A stretch of DNA of 64,000 bases from the NCBI GenBank assembly GCA_964036045.1, contig OZ038378.1:158038001-158102000 (forward strand), given 5' to 3'. The notes below the pieces were generated by a model, which worked only from the letters and a program-made list of their open reading frames with translations, ran no database searches and was not told the origin of the DNA. The DNA comes from Eutreptiella sp. 'Long Island Sound 2002' (taxonomy: Eukaryota; Protista; Euglenida). The position numbers and the translations under genes are program-made. Shown here piece by piece: positions 37,723 through 49,014 of this stretch; within the stretch, counting starts at the first letter, position 1; each line of letters starts with the position of its first letter.

Positions 37723-40700
37723 TCACCTGCGACAACGTCGTTTCGGGAGGGGATGCTGTGCTATGTCTATGAGCGCAGTCAAAGCAGTGTGAGGGGTCAT
37801 AGATTGCGGTAGCATGTGGGAATCAATGGGTCGTTTGCCAGTAGTGGTGGGGAATGACTTCGGTGGGGTTTGTGACTGGAGGTGCGGTCGTTTTGGTCTG
37901 GAATGTAGTACAGATGGTGGTCGTGGTCGTTTGGTGTTGTGTTGTACTGGATGGTGGGCTGCATGGTATCTCCAGTGTCCGCCAGAGGGAGGTAGAGGTC
38001 TGGGAGTACTTTTATCAGGAAAAGGTCCCACACACCACGAGAACAAAGTTTTCGCTAGTGCAGAACGAATCCATCGTTTGTGGTTGAGACGTCTGAAATA
38101 CAGCAATAGCAAACTGAAGTGTTGTAGTGGTACAGAGCAACCAATGAAACTGGCAAAAGCAAGTATCGGGCAGGGCACAGAGGAATGATGGTACTGCAGA
38201 ATAGGCCAGATGCTAACAAAAATAGACTTGGACAGAAGCACTGCAGTACAAAATTCAGGTGGGGAGCAAAACGGAATAATATACCGAACCCAGAGAAGAG
38301 GAAGAGTGGAACGGATGGTTGGGGGAGGAAAGATAGTATCTTGCATGTCCTTCAGAGAAATAGCATCAGGGAAGAATGCAAGTACAGATGGTGCCGTAGG
38401 TGTAGATTGCAGTGACAAAGCCTTTGTGAGATTTATGGAACGAAAAGTGCAGAATTTAGGGGGAATGGCAGGAATCCAGGGCAAAGTAGCATAGAACTCT
38501 TTCCAGGGGGGGAGAGAAGATTGGGAGAAGCATCGGTAAGTGGTACGGACTTTCGGTAACCACCAGGACGTCGGATAATGGTTCCGCTGCATTTCCCAGA
38601 TTGTGTGACTCAGATTTGAAAGGAATATGGAGGGATGTGTTTGCAGAGAGGAAGAAAGACCCAGTAAGTTGTGTAACATACCTTGAATCACCCTTTTGGC
38701 GTACATGGAGTTGACGGCAGGGTATCGGGACAATGGTATTCGGTTGGTCAAGTGAGAGAGGAGACATTTGTTTTTAAGACCCCAATGTATATCCGAGTCA
38801 ACGCACAGAATTTGAAACTGGAGGGAGGTAAAACTGGTACCCAGTTGCTCTACCGTTAGCGGTACATCGTAAGTACGGTGCAACAACCGATGTACAATGC
38901 GTATAGTGGAGAGCAATTGGGTCGCCGGGCATAGGCAGACAATGTTGTCAACATACCGGCACAGTTTTGTGTGAGGCGGAAGTTCTTTATCAAAATTGAC
39001 ATTGCTTTCTTTTTCCATCAGCATGATGTTGGCATTCTGAGATGCCAATTTTCCTCCTATCGTGACACCAGTGAATTGCTCCCAAATTTCCGGTCCCAGT
39101 TGGAAAAAATCGTTGAGACAGGACTCAGCTGTCACGGCAGCGACCAAGTCGTCGTCAGACAGGATGTGAAAATATTTAGGCGATTTTTTGCCCACACAGT
39201 CTAATTGCTTGGTGTTTCCTTTGGCAATGGAGATGAACAAATGGTTCTCAGCGCGAGCTGTACAGTACATTGCACGTGCTCTGGCAAACAGATTTACATA
39301 GCTGGGTCTCAGCTGTTTTCTTATGAGCGAAGGGAACATACGTTCCAAATCGAGCTTAAACCCTGCTACTGGTACACCAAGTGTATGGAAATATTCCTTG
39401 GCCGGGCGAAGGAAGTGTTTTTCCATTTGCTGTTGGTCACAGACAAGGAGAGTGAAAAAAATTGATGCGAAGAAGCGTTGAGCAACAGATGCTGCTCTGC
39501 TAATAATGCTATAGGAATTTTTCCACGGGTGTCCTCCATTGGAAAAAATCTCTCTTGTTGTGACCGAGGAAATCGGTGCTGGCGGCTTGTAGGGCAGCGA
39601 CTTTCCTTTCAATGAAAGAATAACCGAGGGGGGATATTGTGAACGAGGCATTTTCTGGTCGTACGCAGGATTAGGAGGTATGTACAAAATATTGTCTGTC
39701 AGAGTCATGATGTCTGAGGCCGCAGATAGCAATTTATATTTTACAGAGAGGAAATCCGTAGGTAGAGTAGTAGCAGGAGGGGAGATGTGAAGTCGGGGTA
39801 AAACAATACCCTTCAGTTGAGGAATTTGAACAGACAAGGCATTGCGCTGTCGCATCTGACTCACATTTCTGACGACAAAAGGAAAGAGGTGCGCACACAG
39901 ATAGTAATAAACAAGCAAGACGTGCCTTGAACGGACTGCGGATGAAGTAGTCAGAATATGGCGATAATTCTTGGCACCCTTGAATGCATGAATGAAAATC
40001 CTCAGGAAGGTAACCGTAGTAGCAACAACAAAGAGTAGGGGATATTTATCTACACGAATGGGAACACTGTCGGGGACAAGGGTGAAGAATTTTTGTACAA
40101 GTTTGTGAGGGAGCAGGAGCACATTTTTTGGGTGCAGACAATTATTTACAACAGTATGTACAGCAGAGGCAAAGTGTCTGAAAGGAAAGGGTTTACTGTG
40201 TGGAATTGCCTGTCGAATGGCATTGAGCTGGGTACTGAGCTGTCGATGTAAAAGATGTTTTGGAGGGGCAACACAGGTCCCCAAGGACGCGTGTAATAGT
40301 GATTTCAATTCTGGGTGGTGTGTGGTCTGGTACAATTGGGGTCCTGTAAGGATTGAATTGGGCATGGTGGAGGTGGATACATCTGATTCGGCCTGTTGGA
40401 GGGATATTTGAATTCTGTCTCTGGTGAAAACCCGAACCAGTTTTGGGGGCAATTTTTGCGGTAGCAATAGAATACTTTGTATGTATAGTTTTATGGGTTT
40501 TGGTAAAGAAGTACAGTGCAAAAACTGCTGGAATGCTCGACGAACTGTTCTAGTATGTTTAGGGGTGATGCAGGGGATATGTAGAGGAAGGAAGTAAGGC
40601 AGTGTGATGTGAAGACTTCTTTGAACAAAGGGGATGAAGCGTTTTTGGAGACATCGGTATTTCCAACCATTCAACGTACCTTTTGCTTTGGTGAGAATCA

Positions 40701-42606
40701 TGATAGCATCGTATGGCGTAATGGACAGTCGACGTAGTTGAAGTTGACGATCCCAGAGTTGTTGATCTTGCAGAGCACTATCAGTGAGATGTCTAACCAT
40801 TCGATGACGAATCAACCAACGTAGGAAACCTTTTTGTTTGTGTTTTTTGTCATTGAGATTTGGTTGGTGAGTGGCAATAAATCTTTGTTCCTGTCTGTCA
40901 GCTTCAAAGCAAGGAAGTGGTTTTACGGGTAAGGGTAGGAAATTATGGAAACCGAGTTGATGGAGGTATTGGAAGTAGGTTGGACCTCGACGTGATTTTT
41001 GGAGTTTAACCCATGCCAACCCCTGCTGGAGTTCTTCTTTCCATCTGGTGAACACTGCTCGCGGATTGGTAATGGCACCAGTTTGACCAAAGTACGGTGC
41101 TCTCAGCATGGGGGAAACAGAGGCATAAAGCCATTGACCTGGCTCAAAGAGACCAGAGATAGCTTGAGGATGAACTTCCAGAAGCAAATCACGAATCCAA
41201 GGCATGGGAGCATAGGGTAAAGCTGGAAGGGAGCGTATAACCGAACCTTTGATAGTGTCCCATGCATCCTTGTGTTTGATGTTAAGAAAGGCAGCACGCC
41301 GGATTGGAAGCTCACGATTCCATACAGACCAGAAAAAAGCAGTAGCAGACGGGGAGTGGTACAGTGGCATATTTACAGATGGCGGGGTTGTACAGTTGGG
41401 GGGTAGTACTGTGAATGCCATACGTAAATGGGTTGGTAATGGCAGCATACGATGGTGGATTGAGGATAGAGGTTTGGACATGGTTGCACAGTACAACGGG
41501 AAATTAATCGGCCATTGTAATGCTGCCTTGGTATTCTGAAATAACCAGAGGGAAGTACAGTTGTCACCCAGGGGGTAGGTGAGTTGGCAAGAAACGTGAT
41601 TGTACAGGAGTGAGGGCAATAGTACCGTATCTTCCCTATGGAGAAGCAGAATGAAGCGTGCAGGATATTGATGTTGGACTAAGCATTGTGTGATACTGGG
41701 CAGTACATTGTACGGTGTATCGTAAAAATACGGTTGAAGACAGATCGCAGCAACGTAATGATGTTTATGCAGAAAAGACAGTGGGGATTTACACCAATCG
41801 ATACTGTCATGCAACATAGGCATATGTACAAAGGGTAGGGTGGTAGAAAAAGCAAAATTGGGGTGCAATTCTAGAGTAATGCCAGCAGTAACATGGAAGG
41901 CCTTAAGCAATTTGGACATGCGATTAGTCGCCAACTTTCGGCCATAGGCATATGGAAGCGGGTGAGGTTGGTTGTCCTGGGCAGAGTGAAATTGGAAATG
42001 AAATGTCATGTTCACCACCTTGAGCAACCAGGGAAGGAAACAGCGAACAATAGAGGGAGTAACGTGAGACCAGAGTGTAATACCGCGGTGTTTGCAAAAG
42101 AATGTCCAGAGTGACTGCAAAAAAGGCCAACGGTACACAGCATGAGCAAAAGCACGTACAATCTGAGAGGGAGGATAGGGGGAGCTAATAATGAAGGGAT
42201 CATCAGTCTCATTTCCAGAGACCTCAATTGCTTGTGCTGTACGTAGATCTTTAATAGTTTGCAGAAAAGTCTCCTGCACGTACAGCAGACCATGCAATTC
42301 ATGCAACATCTCTGCTAAGGATTTGTCCTGAGCACATTGGTTGATATTTTCATTCAGACATGTCCGTGAATTGAAATCAGGTTCATGAGTCCAATATTGA
42401 CAGGTCCATTTGCATAATGGGATACTCCAATTCTGGCAAAAACGTAACAAATTGGGAGCAATGCAGGCAGCAGAATCATACGAAGGAGTACATGCAGTGG
42501 GACAGGGGCAACGCCAGTGTAAAATAGAGGGAGGATATGCAGGGGAGAAAGGCGGGATAACCAAAGATGGTGAAGTCGAATCCTCAGCTACTTTTTTGCC
42601 GTAGCT
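37723..42606 (-). CDS. ORF2: GIY-YIG endonuclease (about 41145-40845) followed by Penelope-type RT (about 39620-38600); no ATG at the 5' end of the open frame
   Basis: GIY-YIG: WLYASVSPMLRAPYFGQTG..RWKEE..EQRFIATHQPNLN. RT: KLDLERMFPSL, FFQLGPEIWEQFTGVTIGGKLASQNANIML and RYVDNIV. Open for more than 1600 codons. Confidence 0.9.
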   Translation of the reverse strand, partial: SYGKKVAEDSTSPSLVIPPFSPAYPPSILHWRCPCPTACTPSYDSAACIAPNLLRFCQNWSIPLCKWTCQYWTHEPDFNSRTCLNENINQCAQDKSLAEMLHELHGLLYVQETFLQTIKDLRTAQAIEVSGNETDDPFIISSPYPPSQIVRAFAHAVYRWPFLQSLWTFFCKHRGITLWSHVTPSIVRCFLPWLLKVVNMTFHFQFHSAQDNQPHPLPYAYGRKLATNRMSKLLKAFHVTAGITLELHPNFAFSTTLPFVHMPMLHDSIDWCKSPLSFLHKHHYVAAICLQPYFYDTPYNVLPSITQCLVQHQYPARFILLLHREDTVLLPSLLYNHVSCQLTYPLGDNCTSLWLFQNTKAALQWPINFPLYCATMSKPLSSIHHRMLPLPTHLRMAFTVLPPNCTTPPSVNMPLYHSPSATAFFWSVWNRELPIRRAAFLNIKHKDAWDTIKGSVIRSLPALPYAPMPWIRDLLLEVHPQAISGLFEPGQWLYASVSPMLRAPYFGQTGAITNPRAVFTRWKEELQQGLAWVKLQKSRRGPTYFQYLHQLGFHNFLPLPVKPLPCFEADRQEQRFIATHQPNLNDKKHKQKGFLRWLIRHRMVRHLTDSALQDQQLWDRQLQLRRLSITPYDAIMILTKAKGTLNGWKYRCLQKRFIPFVQRSLHITLPYFLPLHIPCITPKHTRTVRRAFQQFLHCTSLPKPIKLYIQSILLLPQKLPPKLVRVFTRDRIQISLQQAESDVSTSTMPNSILTGPQLYQTTHHPELKSLLHASLGTCVAPPKHLLHRQLSTQLNAIRQAIPHSKPFPFRHFASAVHTVVNNCLHPKNVLLLPHKLVQKFFTLVPDSVPIRVDKYPLLFVVATTVTFLRIFIHAFKGAKNYRHILTTSSAVRSRHVLLVYYYLCAHLFPFVVRNVSQMRQRNALSVQIPQLKGIVLPRLHISPPATTLPTDFLSVKYKLLSAASDIMTLTDNILYIPPNPAYDQKMPRSQYPPSVILSLKGKSLPYKPPAPISSVTTREIFSNGGHPWKNSYSIISRAASVAQRFFASIFFTLLVCDQQQMEKHFLRPAKEYFHTLGVPVAGFKLDLERMFPSLIRKQLRPSYVNLFARARAMYCTARAENHLFISIAKGNTKQLDCVGKKSPKYFHILSDDDLVAAVTAESCLNDFFQLGPEIWEQFTGVTIGGKLASQNANIMLMEKESNVNFDKELPPHTKLCRYVDNIVCLCPATQLLSTIRIVHRLLHRTYDVPLTVEQLGTSFTSLQFQILCVDSDIHWGLKNKCLLSHLTNRIPLSRYPAVNSMYAKRVIQGMLHNLLGLSSSLQTHPSIFLSNLSHTIWEMQRNHYPTSWWLPKVRTTYRCFSQSSLPPWKEFYATLPWIPAIPPKFCTFRSINLTKALSLQSTPTAPSVLAFFPDAISLKDMQDTIFPPPTIRSTLPLLWVRYIIPFCSPPEFCTAVLLSKSIFVSIWPILQYHHSSVPCPILAFASFIGCSVPLQHFSLLLLYFRRLNHKRWIRSALAKTLFSWCVGPFPDKSTPRPLPPSGGHWRYHAAHHPVQHNTKRPRPPSVLHSRPKRPHLQSQTPPKSFPTTTGKRPIDSHMLPQSMTPHTALTALIDIAQHPLPKRRCRR

Positions 42607-43661
42607 TCATCCTTCGGGAGATTCTCAGGAGAGCCTTGGACTTGAATGGACGGAATGGGAATGCTATTCGAATCCACGGCAACAGCTTGAAAAGTAGGAC
42701 CATTTACAGAAGTAAAGGTACCAAGCGTCGGGACCCATGGTTCAATGGGAGATCGTCGGAAAGAAAACCACAGAGGACGTCCTGGGGCAACGTCTGCGAT
42801 GTTCATTCGATCTGGGGGAGCAAACGCCTTAAGCTCGATTTTCGCTGAGATGGCGGCATCAATTTTATTTTCGATGTGACCCACTTTGGTACGAACTTCA
42901 CCCAAACCGGTTTCGAGGTCGGTCACACGGTCATCAAGAGATTTGGTGTCATCGACATCCATGTTACGCGGTCGGCTATCGGGGGAAGGAGGACGGGTAC
43001 GCTTAGCAGGATGTGTAGGGGCAGGAGAGTCCACAGCCGCTCTTTTGCCAGATGAGTCGATATTCAAATCAATCGGAGGATCACCAAGAATAATCGGCAA
43101 AAGGGAAGAAGAGGGGCATTTTGGACCATCAAAAGCAGCAACAGACATAGCTTTGTCACCATCCTTGCTGATCTTCAATCGCTGTAGAGCTGTATCACGG
43201 TCGTCCGACGTATTAAAACCAAGCAGCACCTCCTGGTTCTGGAAGTAGACGACGATAGCTGCTACTAACGAAGACTTCAATGTAGAGGCATCCTTTTCCG
43301 TAGTTTTTCGAGAGAGAGTAACACGGATACCAAATTTAATGTTGTAACGCAGCAAGTCATTAGCAAATTGAGGCAAAGCATCAGCGACCGCTTCACGGAT
43401 ACTACGCGCAAGAGAATCAGAAGTAGGGGTACCACTAGCAACAGCACCATTTTGTTGTAGAGGGCGAGAATTACGCAAAATACAAGCAGAAGTAGAATGA
43501 CCAACTTCTCTTCCATGGAATTGGCAGAAATACTTCGGTTGGCCGTTGGGCCATACCCCAATAGAATCATCTTTGTTCATCGTAGATTGAACCGAAGAAG
43601 AATTCTGACGGGTACAGTCTTTGATCATGTGTCCAATTTGACCGCAGCCGAAACACTTCAT
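42588..43661 (-). CDS. ORF1: 357-aa Gag-like nucleic-acid-binding protein
   Basis: CCHC knuckle CFGCGQIGHMIKDC right after the ATG, a second finger CQFHGREVGHSTSAC, and a coiled coil LDDRVTDLETGLGEVRTKVGHIENKI. Confidence 0.85.
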   Translation of the reverse strand: MKCFGCGQIGHMIKDCTRQNSSSVQSTMNKDDSIGVWPNGQPKYFCQFHGREVGHSTSACILRNSRPLQQNGAVASGTPTSDSLARSIREAVADALPQFANDLLRYNIKFGIRVTLSRKTTEKDASTLKSSLVAAIVVYFQNQEVLLGFNTSDDRDTALQRLKISKDGDKAMSVAAFDGPKCPSSSLLPIILGDPPIDLNIDSSGKRAAVDSPAPTHPAKRTRPPSPDSRPRNMDVDDTKSLDDRVTDLETGLGEVRTKVGHIENKIDAAISAKIELKAFAPPDRMNIADVAPGRPLWFSFRRSPIEPWVPTLGTFTSVNGPTFQAVAVDSNSIPIPSIQVQGSPENLPKDEATAKK

Positions 43662-43774
43662 TATGATAGTCAGAAAGCAAAACGAGCAAATACGCGTCAA
43701 AATCGAGTGGGAGTGCCAATTGGATGAATCTTGTGGTGTAGGCGGCGAGTACTAACCGCTGCGCAAGATACACA

Positions 43775-44230
<456 letters not shown>

Positions 44231-44780
44231 GGTCCTGACCGCGGGAACATGGAGGAGGAGGAGGAGATGCGGTCCCCCGGTAGGGCGCCCCCGCGGCACA
44301 TCCCCATGGTGCCCGCCGGCCCGCCACGGTCTGGAAAGCGACCGGGAGGGAGGTTTCACCCCAACCCGTCCGGCTAAGCATCATGGCGGCGTCTCTCCTC
44401 TTCGTCTCCTCCCCTTGTCCCCTGGCCCGCGCTACGTGCATGCACCCGCCCTACACGTAGCCGGATCCCCTCCCAGGGGCACGGAATGGGGGGCGAGGCG
44501 GAGCGCCGGCTCCACTTCCGGCACGGTCCACCACCCCCCCAAGGGAAGGGGGGCGCAGTCTCACGGGTGTGGGCCCTTAGCCGCCAGGTACTACCGACTG
44601 GGCGGCGTTTGGCCGGCGGATCACGGGGGCTTGGTCCGTGGCCCGGTCCCCCCCCCTCCCCCGGCGCACGGCACTTCTGCCGAAGGTGTCCGTGCGCGGG
44701 GCCATCCTCTAACCCTCCGGTCGTGTCCCCCCAATCCGCAGTGCCGCACGTCTGCGGAGGGGACACGCAAACCCCAGCCT

Positions 44781-45700
44781 CGGTGAATCCAAGGCGAAGG
44801 AGGCCCCCTCGCCTCAGCGGCGGGGGCCTCGGTGGTCCCAAAGCGAAAGAGGCCCCTTCGCCTCAGCGGCGGGGGCCTTGGTGATCCCACAGCGAAGGAG
44901 GCCCCCTCGCCTCAGCGGAGGGGGCCTCGGTGTCCGAAAGCAAAGGAGGCCCCCTCGCCTCAGCGGAGGGGGCCCTGGTGGTCCCAAAGCCAAAGAGGCC
45001 CCCTCGCCCCAGCGGCGGGGGCCTCGGTGGTCCCGAAGCGAAGGAGGCCCCCTCGCCTCAGCGACGGGGGCCTCGGTGTTCCCAAAGCCCAGGAGGCCCC
45101 CTCGCCTCAGCGGCGGGGGCCTCGGTGGTCCCAAAGCGAAGGAGGCCCCTTCGCCTCAACGGCGGGGGCCTTGGTGATCCCACAGCGAAGGAGGCCCCCT
45201 CGCCTCAGCGGCGGGGGCCTCGGTGGTCCCGAAGAGAAGGAGGCCCCCTCGCCTCAGCGGAGGGGGCCTCGGTGGTCCCAAAGCCAAAGAGGCCCCCTCG
45301 CCCCAGCGGCGGGGGCCTCGGCGGTCCCGAAGAGAAGGAGGCCCCCTCGCCTCAGTGGAGGGGGCCTCGGTGGTCCCAAAGCGAAGGAGGCCCCCTCGCC
45401 TCAGCGGCGGGGGCCTCGGTGTTCCCAAAGCCAAAGAGGCCCCCTCGCCTCAGCGGCGGGGGCCTCGATGGTCCCAAAACGAAAGAGGCCCCCTCGCCTC
45501 AGCGGCGGGGGCCTCGATGGTCCGAAAGCGAAGGAGGCCCCCTTGCCTCAGCGGAGGGGACCTCGATGGTCCAAATGCGAAGGAGGCCCCCTCGCCTCAG
45601 CGGAGGGGGCCTCGATGGTCCCAAAGCAAAGGAGGCCCCCTCGCCTCAGCGGCGGGGGCCTCGGTGGTCCCAAAGCCAAGGAGGCCCTCTCGCCTCAGCT
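44781..45700. repeat. GC-rich tandem array, 49-bp unit, about 19 copies, each a hairpin
   Basis: Unit GGTGGTCCCAAAGCGAAGGAGGCCCCCTCGCCTCAGCGGCGGGGGCCTC (period measured from 44836 to 44885), with a GAGGCCCCC/GGGGGCCTC stem. Confidence 0.95.
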
Positions 45701-46700
45701 GACGAACCCACGGGGCGTCCCTATCCCTCCGCGGCCCAAGCAGGACCGGAGGGACTCGGGTGTAACCGCCGCTGTGTGGGGGAAGGAAAAATACCTGACG
45801 AACCCACGGGGCGTCCCTATCCCCCCGCGGCCCAGACTGGACCGGAGGGACTCGGGTGTAACCGCCGCTGTGTGGGGGAAGGAAAAATACCTGACGAACC
45901 CACGGGGCGTCCCTATCCCCCCGCGGCCCAGGCTGGACCGGAGGGACTCGGGTGTAACCGCCGCTGTGTGGGGGAAGGAAAAATACCTGACGAACCCACG
46001 GGGCGTCCCTATCCCTCCGCGGCCCAAGCTGGACCGGAGGGACTCCGGTGTAATCGCCGCTGTGTGGGGGAAGGAAAAATACCTGACGAACCCACGGGGC
46101 GTCCCTATCCCTCCGCGGCCCAAGCAGGACCGGAGGGACTCGGGTGTAACCGCCGCTGTGTGGGGGAAGGAAAAATACCTGACGAACCCACGGGGCGTCC
46201 CTATCCCCCCGCGGCCCAGACTGGACCGGAGGGACTCGGGTGTAACCGCCGCTGTGTGGGGGAAGGAAAAATACCTGACGAACCCACGGGGCGTCCCTAT
46301 CCCCCCGCGGCCCAGGCTGGACCGGAGGGACTCGGGTGTAACCGCCGCTGTGTGGGGGAAGGAAAAATACCTGACGAACCCACGGGGCGTCCCTATCCCT
46401 CCGCGGCCCAGGCTGGACCGGAGGGACTCCGGTGTAATCGCCGCTGTGTGGGGGAAGGAAAAATACCTGACGAACCCACGGGGCGTCCCTATCCCTCCGC
46501 GGCCCAGGCTGGACCGGAGGGACTCGGGTGTAACCGCCGCTGTGTGGGGGAAGGAAAAATACCTGACGAACCCACGGGGCGTCCCTATCCCCCCGCGGCC
46601 CAGGCTGGACCGGAGGGACTCGGGTGTAACCGCCGCTGTGTGGGGGAAGGAAAAATACCTGACGAACCCACGGGGCGTCCCTATCCCTCCGCGGCCCAGG
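45697..46700. repeat. Tandem array, 96-bp unit, about 10.4 near-identical copies
   Basis: GACGAACCCA recurs at 45701, 45797 and so on to 46661, with no spacers. Confidence 0.97.
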
Positions 46701-47279
46701 CACTGGCCCTTACCTCCGCCCCGATGCTGTCTCCCATTTATTCCACCACCTCCCAGCTCCGGTCCAGGCATCCTGCCGGGTGCAGCAGGGCGCGTGGCTG
46801 TGAGGCCTGATGTCACGGTTGCCCCGCATTGCATCGCAGGGCAGGACCGGTAGCCCCCCGTGACATCAGGCCCCTGGCCGAAGGCCATGGTGGTTGTGCC
46901 CCTGGCCCGGACGGGCGTCGGATAGGACGATGTCCCCACCCCACGATGTACCTGTGCAGAACACAAGGTGCAGTGGGTTGGGGCAGGGGAGCGCACACGA
47001 GCCCTGGAGAGGGCTGGGTCACAGGGGGACCCGGGTTACTCCCGCATACCGCCACCCCCCGGTGGAGCCCGCCCTGTGCCATCGTGGCTTTCCCACGGTG
47101 GCCGGCGAGGGGTGGGGCGCGTGATCCCGTGCCCTGGCCGCCGCGGCTGGACCAGGGCACCCCCCAGATTGCGTGTTAGCCCGGGGGGGACCCCCCCCGG
47201 TTTCACCCCCACACCACGGTGAGGTCACGCGCCCCTGGGCAGCTGTGGGGGTAAAACATGGAAGTGCCATCCATCGAGC

Positions 47280-47393
47280 CCTGTGTGTACGACGCTGGCA
47301 GGCGCAGACCTCCAAGGGCTCGATGGATGGAACATGGAAGTGCCATCCATCGAGCCCTTGGAGGTCTGCGCCTGCCAGCGTCGTACACACAGG
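47280..47393. repeat. Perfect inverted repeat with 51-bp arms and 12-nt loop
   Basis: 47280-47330 is the exact reverse complement of 47343-47393. Confidence 0.95.
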
Positions 47394-48812
47394 ACAGCAT
47401 CCGGTGGGGCGTGCACATCTGATATACCGGTCCCCCGGGACCATGACCCGTGCACAGCCCCACATCTGCACGGACACGACCTGCGAAATGCGGGGCGACC
47501 CCAGCGGCCGCGACCGGCCGCAATGGGCTGCGACCCGGGCTTCAAGGAAAGTCGCAGTTTCCCGATTTGCAAAGACCAACCACACCCTACTCCATCCCCT
47601 CGGCTGCCCTCAATCAGGTCTGCAACACAATACGACATGGACGGAAATCGAAACGGAATTGTTGGGGTCTTGTGTTTGAATGTGGACATTAACCTCGAAC
47701 CTGGACATTCAAAAAGATTGACCTCACATCGACATGTTATGTGGATCTGGAAACGCTGCATTGTATAGAAAAACTCACTGTGTGTCACTGTGTGTCACTG
47801 TGTATCACAACACACTGTGTCACACTGCAACGCAACCAATGAAAGGCGCAATGGGAGAATAGTGCACTTACGCAGCGGCCGCGGTTGGCCCCGACCGGCC
47901 GCGACTTCTGGGGTCCCCCGCGCTGTGTGTGTCTGGGCCCACCCACGCACTACAGGGGAGAGCATGGCACTGTGGACTGCTGATGCTCGCGGCCTGAGGA
48001 CGTCACGCCTGGAGCTGCTCTCGGGAGGTGCGGAGACGGGGGGGGGGGTCGTTGTATGGATTGCCCCTGCGCCCCCGAGTGCCTGCGACAACATTTTGTG
48101 GGAACCAATGCACAGCAATTACGTCCGTGTTGTCGTTCCAGTGGGCTGTGCAACGGCCGAGTGTAGCGTGCCCCAGAGACAGGGAGGCAGACGGACAACA
48201 GCAGTAGACTGCCCCCCCCAGGGGTGGGCGGACTTCCAACTTCGGGGGAGGGGGTCGCTGCAGCCCTCTGGCTAGACCCCCCCCCAAAAAAGGGTTCAAT
48301 TGACGGCCCCTCCAAAATCCTACGGAGACTGACCCCCGGGCCCCGGAGGTGACCCGGACCGAAATTCGGCAAAAAATGAAAATGGAATTTTTGGAAAGTC
48401 ATCTTTGCCATTTCTTTGGTGAAAAAAAAAACATTGATCATTTCCAATGCTCAGAGTTGTTAATAAATGGTTGATGGTCCTGTCAATTGAGGCTTTTTCC
48501 CAGACCCCCCCACGCAGTTTTGGGGGGCTCTATTGACCCCTCCCCCCAAAAAAATTGAAAACCCAACTTCCCCATGCGTGAGACAACCGCACACTACTCT
48601 CGTTCACTCTCGTGGGGGATAGGCCCACTGGCCCTTCCTGTGCCCCAGAAGTCCGGCCCCCGTCCCAGTCACGACCGGGGCTGACATGCCAACGCCGGGC
48701 GGCTGCAGGGCTGATGGGGGCACGGGGCGGTGGAGGCAGTGCATTGGGTGCCGGACCGCACGGCATTACTCATAGAGAAGCGGGGACTTCAGTGCCACCA
48801 GTGGGACTGTAC

Positions 48813-49014
48813 GAGGGCTTCTTTAGAAGAATTAAAAACCAAAGGGGGGGCCCTCCCCCAAAACCCCCTCCCCTCCCCCCCAGACCAAAGTGACCATCGC
48901 GGGAAAAAATGAAATTTACAATAGGGAAAATCTGGTCAGGCCATTTTTGGTACACCAAGTTTTGGGTCCAAAACCCCCTCCCCCCTCCCCCCCCCCTGCT
49001 CAAAAGAAGCCCTG
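48813..49014. mobile_element. 202-bp hAT-type MITE with 8-bp target site duplication (TSD) GACTGTAC
   Basis: Ends are GAGGGCTTCTTT and AAAGAAGCCCTG (12-bp TIR, one mismatch at the first base). GACTGTAC at 48805-48812 and 49015-49022. Confidence 0.85.

Noticed and set aside
44830-44885. HDV-like ribozyme in the 49-bp unit (TGGTCCCA and CCTCGC words)
   Set aside because: There is no P1, P2 3' strand or J4/2 arrangement. A simple hairpin explains the sequence.
45690-45800. Canonical hammerhead ribozyme in the 96-bp unit
   Set aside because: CTGACGA is present, but GAAA is not flanked by a proper stem II and stem III, and no NUH site fits.
44781-46700. CRISPR array
   Set aside because: The units are contiguous tandem repeats without unique spacers, there are no cas genes, and the context is eukaryotic.
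44832-46996. Long ORFs (673, 626, 433 and 368 aa) across the tandem arrays as real proteins
   Set aside because: They are open in several frames on both strands because the GC-rich units lack stops. The 49-bp unit is not a multiple of 3.
48219-48577. Second hAT MITE or intron candidate
   Set aside because: The ends are only loosely inverted and no target duplication was found.
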